A stretch of DNA of 64,000 nucleotides from the human T2T-CHM13v2.0 reference genome, Homo sapiens: NCBI RefSeq assembly GCF_009914755.1, contig NC_060936.1. The stretch is one strand, 5' to 3'. Numbering within the stretch: the stretch's first letter is position 1; every line of letters begins with the position of its first letter. The translations under genes were made by a program, and so were the position numbers. The notes under the pieces are model-generated. The model had not been told where the DNA came from and made no database searches. It saw only the letters and a program-made list of their open reading frames with translations. Shown here piece after piece: positions 50,373 to 64,000 of this stretch.

Positions 50373-51836
50373 ACCTACATTTTATTTATCCCCCTCTTTT
50401 CTTCACATAGGTAGGAGTATGTACTATGATGTGGTAGAAATGGCCTGAACTTTGAGGCCAGACACACTGGTGATTTCCCAAAGGAAACTAGTTCAAATTG
50501 ACCCAGTTTTGCTAAGGCCTCACCCCAGCCATGTCTACCTTCTCTATCAAGGTCAAGGCATGTACAATCTCTCACCTAAACCTCATAAAATAACCCCTGT
50601 CCAGACTCTCCACTCCACAACAATTCTCCTCTGTTAATCTCTCATTGGCTGCCATGAGGATCTATGTCCACATTTTACCCACCTCCTCCCCCACTGAACA
50701 ACAATTCTGTGATTATGGGAGTGATGAACATTAATACTGCTACTATCACTGTTATGACAGCTTGCCTTTATTAAGGCATTGTGCTAAGGGCTATGGATAT
50801 GTTAGATCATGTTATTTCTCATAACAACCCTGTAAACTGAGTATTATTTTTCCAATTTTTCAAATAAGAAAACTAAGACTCAGAGAACTTGGGTAACCTG
50901 CCCAAGGCCATAAGTCTCAAATATAGAAGCTCTGGAATTTCAAACAGGTTAGTTCATTCATTCATATATCCATTGATTCATTCCCTCAACATTCAAAATA
51001 GTTATTGAGTATATTCCCTGTGCCAGGAACCAGTGAAGCTAGGTTTTGGTTATCAACAAACAAGATGGATGCTATTCCTGTCTTAGAGGGATTTATCTTC
51101 AGTCTGATTCCAAATCCTGTTTCTTTACCACTACATGTATCATTTCCCAAATTAGGGATCAAACAGTCATACCAGTTAGTATAGTATACCTTAACCTGGA
51201 AAAGAACTGACACCTTCACTTACATGGAGACTGTAGCCTGATATACCCTGCCATCACCCTTCACAAGCAAAAGGAAAAATTTCTAAAGAGTTCTAGAAAA
51301 TTCAGACTATATTCTGGAAGTACAACTCTAGAAGCCTGGGACCTCTGCATTCTAGTTCTGCTCAGTTTGAATATGGCACTAATGTGGAAGTCCACGAGTG
51401 TCTGTCACTCATGGCTGGCCACACCCCCTATTCTTGCACAGGTTCCCTCCCTGCCTGAGGAAGTATTTCTAACAGATATTTCAGTTCACTTCCTTCTCAG
51501 GCTGGCCTTGCCTCACTTCTAGGATTGTTTCTCTATCCATCTCCTACACACAGCCAGGCCACACAGGTAGGTTCCTACTTAGTATTTTAGTATGATTTCA
51601 GAAATACTGAGAAGCTAACAGTACCATCTCCTTCTCCAGGGCTACTGCACTGCCCATCTGCAGGGGCACAGACAACAGGATATGATAGGTGCCCCTGGGA
51701 GAAGAGGCTCTGTCTCTCCTCTCCCACAACACACTATTAATTCCTTACATACTCCCAAATGCCCCCAAATATACCAACATTTCCTTCTGCATTTAGAAAA
51801 TTTTAAATGCAAATGACCTTCTAAAAGATCATATTC

Positions 51837-52337
51837 GGCAGACAGCGACAGACGGAGCTGCGGACCAAATTGGAACCTCTGGCTTAAGAGTAATCATGTT
51901 TCTTCAGTATTAGTGAGCAGGGAGATCAGGTCTATACGCTGGAGAAATTTGACTCGATGGGACAACAGACCTGCTTAGCCCATCCTGCTCAGTTCTCCCC
52001 AGATGACAAATATTCCCGACACCGAATCACCATCAAGAAACGTTTAAAGGTGCTCATGACCCAGCAACCGCGCCCTGTCCTCTGAAGGTCCCTTAAACTG
52101 ATGTCTCTTCTGCCACCTGTTACCCCCTAGAGACTCCGTAACCAAACTCTTCAATCTGTGAGCCCTGATGCCTTTTTGCCAGCCATGCTCTTTGGCATCC
52201 AGTCTCATCATGGTGATTGATCATGCTTGTGCGAGGCAATCATGGTGGCATCACCTGTAAAGGGAACACGTTTAACTTTTTTTCTCATATTTTAAATTAC
52301 TGCAAGATTATTAAAGATAAAATGATTTGAAGAAAAA
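51837..52337 (+). pseudogene. NOP10 processed pseudogene
   Basis: ATG 51896 gives MFLQY*. After a small frameshifting deletion it continues [56 protein letters not shown] (stop 52083-52085). Intronless; ATTAAA at 52310; A-tail; 14-bp TSD aaaagatcatattc at 51823-51836 and 52338-52351. Confidence 0.97.
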
Positions 52338-53382
52338 AAAAGATCATATTCACACTAAGAGTCAAATCTTTTCCTGATGATATTTAGGGGTGGGAGTGGT
52401 AGGGGAGTGAGGGTGGAACACTTTGTGGCAGCCAAAATTGAAGGAGAATTCGGAGCATAGAAAAAAGTACTGAGGCCACCAGAGACAGATATTGCCCATG
52501 TCTGACCCCTTATACCAAATTTGGGCCTGGTTTTCAAAGTCACAAATACTCAAACCAAGAACAAAATAGGTTGAAATATAAGACACTGCTTTCTTTCCTT
52601 GTTCTTCACTTGTAACATCCCCCCCACACACACACATAAAATTCTGACACACTTCAGAGGGGAAAAATGATTTTTATAATGCCAAACCATCATATATTTT
52701 CTAGTTCTCAGAAGATTGATTGTAATGTGTTCACCTGCATATCATTTTAAGGACACAACTCAAGTTTCAGAAAAGAGGCATTCCTTGGTCATGTTCATAA
52801 GAAAATATAGCCTGTCTTTCACGAATAAGATGGGTTTCATTTAACATTCATTAAAGCGTGACTTACTTTCAGCTCATAAATCTTGAAAACAGATTCTGGC
52901 CCCCAGTGCACTGTTTTCATTGGCTAAGTCACTTTTTCTTTCCCTGACACTTTATAGTTTGTGTTTAAATATGAGACACAGCTAGTTTTGCCAGTGGGGG
53001 TTTCTGGTTTGACTTTACAAGAAAACACTGAACAAAATCCTCAAAGACTCACAACAGGTGTTCTATTTTCACCTCATGGTGAAATAGTACATTGTGTAGT
53101 AATGAAAAGAGAGTGCGAAAGGTAAGACAATGAAATATCCAGCCCAGCAGGACAGAATATTTGAGATTTGGCTGGTTGGAAGTTTTAGAGCAGCTGTCAT
53201 ATTTGAAAGACTAAGTGCACATCTCTATAAATGCACTTAGTCCATCTATCCCTTTTAAAGAAGTCACCACTGGTTATGACATAAACTTGATGAAGAATAT
53301 TGAAACTCAAATTGCAGACAGAGTGTGTCTGACAAGGTTTTGGGGGTGATGGTGGCAAGAGAATGGCCATTTTTAACAGAAA

Positions 53383-53429
53383 GAGGATGCAGATCTCATT
53401 TTTATTTGGAGGATGCAGATCACATTTTT
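53383..53429. repeat. 21-bp direct duplication, period 26
   Basis: gaggatgcagatc(t/a)cattttt x2. Confidence 0.9.
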
Positions 53430-53659
53430 CTGTCTGTTCACATCACAGGTATGGACTAACAACACTCTATGTGGCCTAAAAACCAACCAAATCAAGTTTC
53501 TATCAAGGCAGAAGAGGCAGGACAGCCAAGGAATTGAGCATAAAGGACACTCTACTGTGAGAGCTAGCCTTGATTTGACATGTGAGTAATGCCTTCCCTA
53601 TATTGGGCTTAACTTCCAGGTAGCTCTTTAACTAAGGGAAATAATCAAAATAAGAATGA

Positions 53660-53875
53660 TGATGACAATGGTAGCTAAGATTTATCAACTGCTTAATGTG
53701 GATCAGGCACTATTCTAAGTGCCTGATTTACTTACAGAAATTAACTTAATCCTGACAGCAGCCCTATGTGCAGGTACATTGATTATCCCCATTATACAGA
53801 TGAGGAAACCAAAGCCTGGGGAGTTAAATGACTGGCTCATGGTCACACCATTAGCAAGGAACAAGCCAGGATAAA
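53660..53875 (-). mobile_element. MIR (other MIR/L2 remnants near 30.9, 34.1, 48.4, 49.9, 50.8, 54.2, 56.1, 60.1 and 63.0 kb)
   Basis: MIR core cccattatacagatgaggaaacc. Confidence 0.75.
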
Positions 53876-54619
53876 ACAGCTAAAGAGGAAAGTTTTGGAC
53901 AGGCTCATGACTACACATCATCATGAACAATACGTAGCCTTTTGTTAATGTTCTCTGCCATTAGGTGTCAGGAAACATACGACCTCAACCAATCTTCATA
54001 CACAATGAAGAGATATAAGAAGATTTGGTAATCCAGGAAGTCTCGAAAGTTCTTCAGAAATGTTTAACCTATTTCAAAAATTTTCATTACTCTGCGCACA
54101 CTATTCCTCATTACAGAAAGTGCTCAATAAACTTCTGTATGCTCCTATTACTATTTTTTGAGCTCTAAGTGTATTGTTCATGTAATCCTCACATAAATCC
54201 AATGAGGTGGGTGCCATTATGATCCCCCTTTACAGATGTGGAAACTAAGAAAAGGAGAGGCTAAATAATGTCCCAAGTTTACACAGCTGATACATGGTTT
54301 TCCCAGGATTCTAACCTGGACTCAGTACTCAGGGAGAGGATACATCTGTTGTGTTCATTGTTCAACCGCATACCGGGAACATCCATACGCTGAGTGATAA
54401 TGAATAATTGTTGCTTAACAATATTTGTCAAACTGAATTAATATTATTATCAGACATGAATGTGAGTACCCAAAGACTCTTGTTTCCCTGATTACACATA
54501 AATCTTTATCCCTTTTGGTGTCTCAAACCAATAAATAATTCCAAGGGGAAAAATTCTATGTTCCTAACTAGTAGGCTCTTATTCTCTTCTATCTCTGCCT
54601 ACTAAAAAAGCCAACTTGT

Positions 54620-54997
<378 letters not shown>

Positions 54998-55057
54998 TTA
55001 GTTATTTTCTCCTATGTGCTCTATAACCAGAGATCTTTACATTTAAATGTGCATCCA

Positions 55058-55355
<298 letters not shown>

Positions 55356-58300
55356 GTGCATCCAAGCTACCTGGGGATATTGTTAAAAGACAGATCCTCA
55401 TTCAGTAGACCTGGGATGGAGCCTGAGATTCTATATTTTTAACATCCACTGATGCTGATGTTCTTGGCCTTGGTGCCACACTTTGAGAAGAGGAAAGCTC
55501 TACATCACTTCATCGCATGAGGGTCAGTTGAGGACCTCACTTGCCTTGCTATACTGTGAGTTCCTTGTGGGCAGGAGCTCTTTCTTACTCTTCTTTATAT
55601 CTGGCACAACATTCTACTTCAATTATTTTGAAGCATTCTCGAAATAAGAGGAACCTGTTGGCTTCTCACCAAAATCCTGGAATTGGAATCTGGAGAACCA
55701 ATTTCACTATCCTGCTGTAGGCTTGGAGAACTTGAAAAACTTGCCCAGAATTAGCAGGTTATCCCAAGCTCTTGCCAATGGTCAGATTTGTAAATTTTAT
55801 CTGCTCCACTTCTCCCTTATGAGCCTAGCATCATTCTTAGCCAGTAGGGTACTCCCAGAGGACTCTGGGGAAATGGGCATGTGAGGACATCTTAGGTGGT
55901 CACAGTGGCTGGGGAGTGCCTGGCAGTTAGTGAGCAGGACCTGTGGTACTGCTGTGCAGGACAGTCCAACACGAGAATTGTTTTGCCCAAAATGCCAGGA
56001 AGGGAAACTCACAGAAGATAAGATTATGCCCAGATTTCAGGCTTGAATTTTCCAGCAGCAGAGAAGCAGCACGGCTAGCGGTTAAGAGCCTGGACTGAGA
56101 TCCAGCACTTGCCCCTATGGGCTCAATGGCCATGAACAAGTGACTTCACCCCTTTTCTGTTCCTTCCTCTGCAAAATGAAGATGTTAAAGATCACACCTA
56201 TTTCACCAGCTGGTGGAAAGCTTTAAAGGAAAAATAGCATATAAAGTACACAATGAGCTCTCAGTAAATACAACACATCATATTGTCACTATCACATTTT
56301 TTTGTTTTGCTTGCTGCTCATTTCAAACATGGTAATGATTGGAAATGGTCAAATTATTGGTCATCTCCCATCTAAACAAGAGAAAAGCTACTTTGTCAAA
56401 GCCAGCCTGGCTGGAGAGGTAATGTTTGTCTCCAGAGTCTGTTTTGGGTCCTGTTTCTCCTCCCCCGACCCATCACTTCCTTCCTCAAGCACCACTTTCC
56501 TTCCTTCTGGAGCCCTTTGGCTACCCAGGAGCACCCTTTCAGCTCCAAATGGGGTAGAAGCAGGGGTAGGGTGGAGTTTGACCTCCCAGAGCTAAGTGCT
56601 CTGGTTTTCTTCTATTCCGTTGATAAAACTCGCCCAGTGTATTCCTCCGAAACTGCTGCTACAAAAGCATAATACCCTCCCAGGGAACTTATTTGTATTT
56701 TGGCAGAGCCCTATACAGATACAATCTCTCACCCAAGAAAAAACTCAAATGGGGAGGGGTGGGGTTGGGAAGGGGTTACTCACTAATGTATGAGCCCTTT
56801 TTCTGGAAAGCTCTTTTTTCCTTAGACATCTGATGAACTCCTATTCATAATTTTGTATAAACTTGAGACATGATGTCTTCTGTGAAGTTTTCACACCTCC
56901 AACCCCCACCCTTGCCCCATCAAAGTTAGGCAGACGCTCCTCTGTGATCTCATCCCAAGCAGCACATGACTCCACTGCATTATGTTGCAATTCTTCACTT
57001 TCCTATGTGACAGAGTGTCCATTCACCCCATCCCTTTTAAGGTTCTCCTTTCTCCGAAGAATTTGGGGAAACGCGGAGGAGATTGCCTGCTTTGAGTCAG
57101 CACAGGCTGCACCCAGCTTCCACACCGCTCTACTCATTCCCAGTTGCCTTTGAGATGCCAGGTGACAGTCCTCAATTCCTGCTGCTTTGTTATGCAAAGC
57201 CAAAAGCTTTCTCTGAATCTCCTTCTCTCCTTCCAGACCACAGGCCCAGCCACAGAGGAGGAGAGGCTGACTACTCAAAAAGAAGTAGTTCAAGTTTAAT
57301 TTTTAAGTCAAAGAGCCATCACACCTGGGTAACTCATGTCAGTCTCCTAGTATGTGAAATGGTGAGAATCAGTTTTTGTTCCAATAGCAATTTTTCCCTT
57401 CTTTTTGCCCTTACTTGTCCAATCCCCAGCTCTGAGCCATCCATAGTTCTCTCACCCAAACTAAGCCAGGAGTGATTTGAAGGCAGGGATTGTGCCATAT
57501 TCATCTCTACATCTCTAGGCACTAATAGGGTGCCTGGCACCAAAGTTAGTGAGAAGGAAGAAGCCTTGGGCACAGAGCCTTTTTCATCACCCTCCTAGCC
57601 ACACCTCTTTGGCAACCTATCTCCCCAAGTGTGGGTAATTCCAGCCTGCTCAGAACTTCTACTTGCCAGGGTCTGAGGCCATCTGAGAGATGAACTGGGC
57701 CAAATGAGAGAGAAAACAGATTAAACAGGCCTTGATTTTTTTAACCACGCTTGGATAATTATCTTTAGAATTTGATTTTGCTCTTTTTACTTAGTCCAAA
57801 ATGCATATATCATTAAATTCTTATGATTTGACCATACTTTACAACAGTGACATTTGCAATTACAGTTTTGAGTTCTTCTCTACCAACAATGGAGCAAGTT
57901 TTGGTACTATAACTCAGGAATAGCCTATTTGGTTGAGATAATTACGCTGCCTATTTAAAATAAATGAAGATGACTTGGGAATTAGGATCAGGAAGAAGGA
58001 TTTAGTCTTTAGTTCAATTTAATCACCAAACATCATCTCTGTATATTTAAAAGAACAAGATATAAAAATACAATAATTTTCACTGAGTGTTTTTATCTCA
58101 AACATTGTTGATATTTTTAATCTGGATTTCCACTTAACTTCAAGTATCTATTAGGCAGCCTGCTCTGGCGAAGAGCTTTGCAATCAGGCAGACCTAGGTT
58201 CAAATCCTGGTCCTACCACTTCCTACATATGCAAACTCAGACACAGGGGTCACCCAGGACAGTACAGAGTTCTGGATCATACGAACTGGCAAAATTCTGA

Positions 58301-58383
58301 TTTAGTAAGTCTTAAATGGGACCTGGTTCAATTTTGAAATACGTTTACACTTAAAGAAAAGTTGCACATGACAAGACCCCATC

Positions 58384-58746
58384 TGATATCATTTGGTTGG
58401 GTCCCCACCCAAATCTCATCTTGAATCATAGTTACCATAATCCCCATGCGTCATGGAAGGGACCAGGAGGAGATAATTGTATCATGGGGGGTGGGGGTTA
58501 CCACATGATTCTTATGATAATGAGTTAGCTCTCATGATAGCTGATGGTTTTATAAGGGGTTTCCCCCTTTGCTGAGCACTCATTCTCTCTCCTGCCACCC
58601 TGTGAAGAGGTACCTTCTGCCATGATTGTAAATTTCCTGAGGCCTCCCCGACCATGTGGAATTGTGAGTCAATTAAACTTCTTTCCTTTATAAGTTACCC
58701 AGTCTCAGGTATGTCTTTATTAGCAGCATGAGAATCGACTAATACA
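58384..58746 (+). mobile_element. THE1/MST solo LTR inserted in a truncated AluJ
   Basis: tgatat...ctaataca; 5-bp TSD ccatc falls inside Alu sequence (58367-58383 and 58747-58965). Confidence 0.9.
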
Positions 58747-58969
58747 CCATCCCTACAAAAATTTTTAAAATTAGCTGAGCCTGGTGCTATGCACCTGTTC
58801 CAGCTACCCAGCTACCCAGGAGGCTGAAACAGAAGGATCACTTGAGCCCAGGAGTTTAAGGCTACAGTGAGTTATGTCACTTTACTCCAGCCTGGGTGAC
58901 AGAGCAAGACCTTGTCTCAAAAACAAAACAAAAAAAAAAAAAAAAGGAGGAAAGAAAGAAAAGAAAAAT

Positions 58970-59780
58970 TTGTTGCAAAAACAGTACAGACAGTTTCCAT
59001 ATGTCCTTTACCTAGCTTCTTTTAATGTTAGCAACTTGCATAGCCATAACACAATTATCAAAGATAAGAAATTAACATTGACACAATGCTATACCTACAT
59101 GGAGTGATACTTATTCAATTTTCACCAGTTTTTCCACCAAAATCTTTTTCTCTTACAGGATTCCACATTACATTTTGTCGTCATGTCCCCTTAGTCTCCG
59201 CCACACTATGACAGTTCCTTAGTCTTTCCTTGACTTTCATGACCTAGACACTTTTGAAGATGAGTGGTAAATATTTTATAGAATGTTGCTCAATTTGTGT
59301 TTGTCTGATGTTTTCTCAAGATGAGATTGATGTTTTACATTTTTAGCAAGAATGCCACCAAAGTGAAGTGCCCTTCTCAGTGTATCGTTTTGGGTTAGGA
59401 GATATCATTATATCTCACTACTGGTGAGGTTAACCTGGATCACTCAATTAAGGTGGTGTCTGCTGGAGTTTTCTGCTGTCAAGTTAGTATGTCTCCATTT
59501 GTGATTAATAATCTTGAGGGAGATACTCTGAGAGAGTAAATATTGTGTTTCTCCTCAAACTTCCACACACTGATGTCTGCAACAATTATTAATGGGGTAT
59601 TCTAATGGTGAGTTTCTATTTCCTTCCTTCTACCTTTATTAGTTAGAATTTTCCAGGAAGAGTTCTGTAAGGAAAAGTTGTGCCTTCTCTTCATTTTTTC
59701 AATTACTTATCAATATCAGTATGGACTCGTGGATATTTATTTTATTCTGAGTTTTAATTCAATGCTATCATTATTTTGTT
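58970..59780 (-). mobile_element. Old L1M (MB/MC-like) 3' fragment
   Basis: Antisense L1M 3'UTR-like sequence continuing from ~58330. Confidence 0.6.
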
Positions 59781-59797
59781 CTTCAAGATAATCTAAT

Positions 59798-60084
59798 TTT
59801 TTAAGAGACAAGGTCTTGTTCTACCACCCAGGCTGGAGTACAGTGGCACCATTGTGACTCACTGCAGGCTTGAACTCCTGAACTCAAATGATCCTCCCGT
59901 CTCAGCCTCCTGAGTAGCTGGGACCACAGATGTGCACCCCTATGCTTGGCTAATATGGTTTTTTTTGGTAGAAATGGGTCTCACTTTGTTGTCTGGGCTG
60001 GTCTTGAACTCCTGGTTTCAAGTGATCCTCCCACCTTGGCCTCCCAGTGTTTGGATTACAGGCATGAGCCACTGCACCTGGCCT
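59798..60084 (-). mobile_element. AluJ
   Basis: Antisense dimer; ataatct-type TSD. Confidence 0.9.
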
Positions 60085-60880
60085 TGAATAATCTGACTTT
60101 TTAAAGCTAGTTAAGGAATCGTTGACTTAGTCTCTCTGTTTTCTCATCTGTAAAATGAAAACAATAACAACATTCCTCTTAAAGTGTTAGGGTGAAGATT
60201 AATAACATCATGTGTGTAAAGCCCTCAGCTCATCGCTTACTTACAGTAGACTTTCAATATATATTACTATATTGTCAAGATAGGCATTATGTAAATATCT
60301 GTGTTAGATACAGACAGGAGCTGGCAGCATAGTGTAGTCTGGTCAATCATGGAATAGATCTTAGGAAAACAAATAACTCAGGAATTCCATTTTGGAGGAA
60401 GAAGAGCAGAACTAGCTCTGCTACTAACTAGCCACTAATGTTAGACAAATCACCTCTCCATCTGAAACTCAATTTCCTCATAGATAAACATTGGAGGGCC
60501 TTTCCAATTCTAACACTGTGTGATACTAACTATTTGAGATATATGGAAAAATTTGGTAACTTACGCAAAGTGAAAAAACAGATCAATGATGCTTCTACAA
60601 TGACTTGGAGAAGAGACTAATATCCATGAAAACATAACCCAAGTTTTTGCTGCCATTGTAGAAACAGCAATGACAAGAGCAGGGAAAATGACACATGTGG
60701 TTTTATTCTTGTCAGGTTCCTGCTCCATCTCCTAGTAAAATCCACATTATTTCCCTACCATTGAGTCTTACATATGACTTTTTTTTTTTTAATTATTCCT
60801 ATCAATGACAAACAAGCAACTTCTTTTTGTAGTACTTGCAATTACATAATTGTGTTTTTAAAATTCATGCAAAAAAATGA

Positions 60881-61280
<400 letters not shown>

Positions 61281-62230
61281 CAAAAAATATTTTTTGATTA
61301 AACAAATGAATCAAGAATGAACAAATGAATGGCCATAGATATTACAAAAGAGAGAAGTATATCATAAGAGGATAACAATAATATGATCACTGCAATGGAG
61401 TTGTGGAGTAGTGCCTGTGTTGGGGAGAAGATGAAAAATCGTTCCTCATGTCTCACAGATTAAAAGGGCAGAATCCTGGAGATGGTTGAAGTAGGAGCTG
61501 CTACCCACTACTCCCTCTCCAACTTCCCCCTCTGAAAAAATGCCCTTTAACACTGACACTCAACCTCACATGGTGAGCAAAAACTGCTGGCCCAAGGTCC
61601 TGGCCTCTGCCACAGGCTATGAGCCTCATTCAGGTTCCACATTTAGTGTGACACAGATGTTACTTCCTCCTAAAGTTAAGGACATGGACTTAAACAATTC
61701 ATAAGCACCTCCAAAAATAACTTCCATGTGCTCTGTAAATACCACCTCCAGACATACTCCAAAATTAAATTCCTGCCTCATTTGTTTTCCCGACACCTGC
61801 TCCTCAACTGACCAAACTGTTTCCCGTAAGCATTTAACATGCTCTCTTCTGGGGAAACACTGGCTACAGGAACCACACTGGAGAGCTGCCTTACACAAAA
61901 GACCAACACAAAACAAAGTACTTGTGCTGCTTTAGTAACATTCCCTGGATAAGGTGCAAGAGGGGTGGGCATTTCACCAAATTGTACTCCACAGTGAATA
62001 GCATTATAGCACAAGGAATGTTTCCAGGGTAATCCCCTCCATGCTGTCTTTGTTTTCTAATTAGGCTTTCTTACAGTAAGCTTATAATGTCTCCTACAGA
62101 CTATGGGCACCAGATCACAGAGGCAGCCAGACCTGTGATGTAAGGAAACACAGAAAGTGGCCTTGGATCAAACATGAGCTTCAAAGATTGACGGTCCTCC
62201 TCCATCCCTTATGAAACTACCATAACCTGA

Positions 62231-62569
<339 letters not shown>

Positions 62570-62584
62570 TAAGAAGAAAACTGA

Positions 62585-62853
62585 GGCCAGCATGGTGGTT
62601 CATACCTGTAATCTCAGCATTTTGGGAGACTGAGGTGGGACAATTGCTTCAGGCCAGCTTGGGCACATAGCAAGACCTCGTCACCACTAAAAATTATAAA
62701 AACATTAGCTGGGCGTGATCCCAGTTACTCAGGAGGCTGAAGCAGGAGGATCACTTGAGCCGAGAGGTTGGAGCTATAGTAAGCAGTGATTGCGCTACTG
62801 CACTCCAACCTGGGTGACACAACAAGACCCTGTCTCAAAAAAAAAAAAAGAAA
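62585..62853 (+). mobile_element. AluJ with internal deletions
   Basis: Diverged dimer; aagaaaact..gag duplication. Confidence 0.88.
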
Positions 62854-64000
62854 ACTCTGAGACCTTGAACCCATTACTGCTAATAAACCCAATAACTTTT
62901 CATTCTGCCTAACAAAAATAGACCCTCCTTTAAAAAGTGGTTGCCAAGGGCACTCCAAGGTCATCAGGCAAGTGAAATAAGAGACAGCTTGATAGAGAAG
63001 AAAGAGAACTTGGCTTTGGAGTTAGACCGTTTAGTTCCTCATTATGGCCATTTCTAACTACATAATGATGTTTAGTTACTTAAGTGCTCTGAAATGCAGT
63101 GGCCTCCATTACAAAATGGAGCCAACAAAAAAAAATAAGTATCTCCTGGTGTTGTATTTAATAAGATAATGGACTCAAAAGTGCCTGGCACAAAATAGGG
63201 GTGTAATAAACGTTAATTTCCTTTCCTGCCTCTACAAACCTGCCTGAGCCAATCAAGGAAGAGAAGGAAGGCGAGGAAGTAAAAATGGTTAAGAATTACA
63301 TTTTAAGTCCCATTTCCACTCAGCTGCTTTTCCTAGCTCAGCAGAGAACATGTCAGACTAAAGAAGATCAAATAATCTTTGGGGTGAGTTGCCCTGATAA
63401 AGAAATATGCTGAAACAGCCTGTATGTTCTCAAAGTAAGAAACCAAAAGGGGAAAGTTCAGGACCTGTAAATAGATCCTTTTCATGCCCAAGTTCTGCAG
63501 ATTTTACAACTTGCTGGGATATTTCCCAGGGAAATCAGAGAGAGGGGATAGTAAGAGGTGGCAGGGGGTTGGCGGGGAGGATTTCTATATTCCCATCACA
63601 GATCATTTAACTCTATTTGCAGCTCAGGAACCCCAGAGCACAGGAGACAGACCACTGAAAATTTCGTGCTTATTTTACCTCTTCACTGTCATTACTTTAA
63701 ACATGTGTCTTAGCAGGAGTATTATTAGTTCATGACACAGTAGACATGGATAAGCATTTTTATGGAATTTTAGGGTGGGGAGAGAATAGATATATACCAC
63801 TCTAACCCAAAGTCATCCTGTGGTCGCTACTTAATACAAGTGAATTACATAGTGCCACCGGCAGAAGATGGAATTGATACTGCTTTACAAAATAACAACC
63901 TTGCATACATAGGTGGTAAGAAAAGCAAGGAAATGACTACCACAAAAATCAGGGTAGTGGATACCTCAAGACAGGAGAAGGGAGGTACGTCTAGAAGGTA

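Overview
Primate, almost certainly human, repeat-rich intronic or intergenic DNA. It contains about 40 Alu copies, an SVA and an AluYa5-type insertion. No intact protein-coding gene can be supported, and the supplied ORFs are mostly Alu/SVA or chance frames. The host gene cannot be named from sequence alone. Recognisable non-TE retrocopies: a NORAD-like lncRNA fragment with intact Pumilio elements (~2.4-3.4 kb), a TMEM141 processed pseudogene lacking one internal exon and sharing its TSD with an Alu (~13.3-14.3 kb), a 7SL pseudogene (~44.9-45.2 kb) and a NOP10 processed pseudogene (~51.8-52.3 kb). A full-length SVA (28.07-30.75 kb) carries a nested AluYa5-like element and a 3' transduction. 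The most unusual structure is a ~470-bp MIR-derived palindrome (45.43-45.90 kb) whose outer 70 bp are almost perfectly homogenised. Family and gene assignments come from recall of consensus sequences, not database searches. I found no evidence of a novel multi-gene system.
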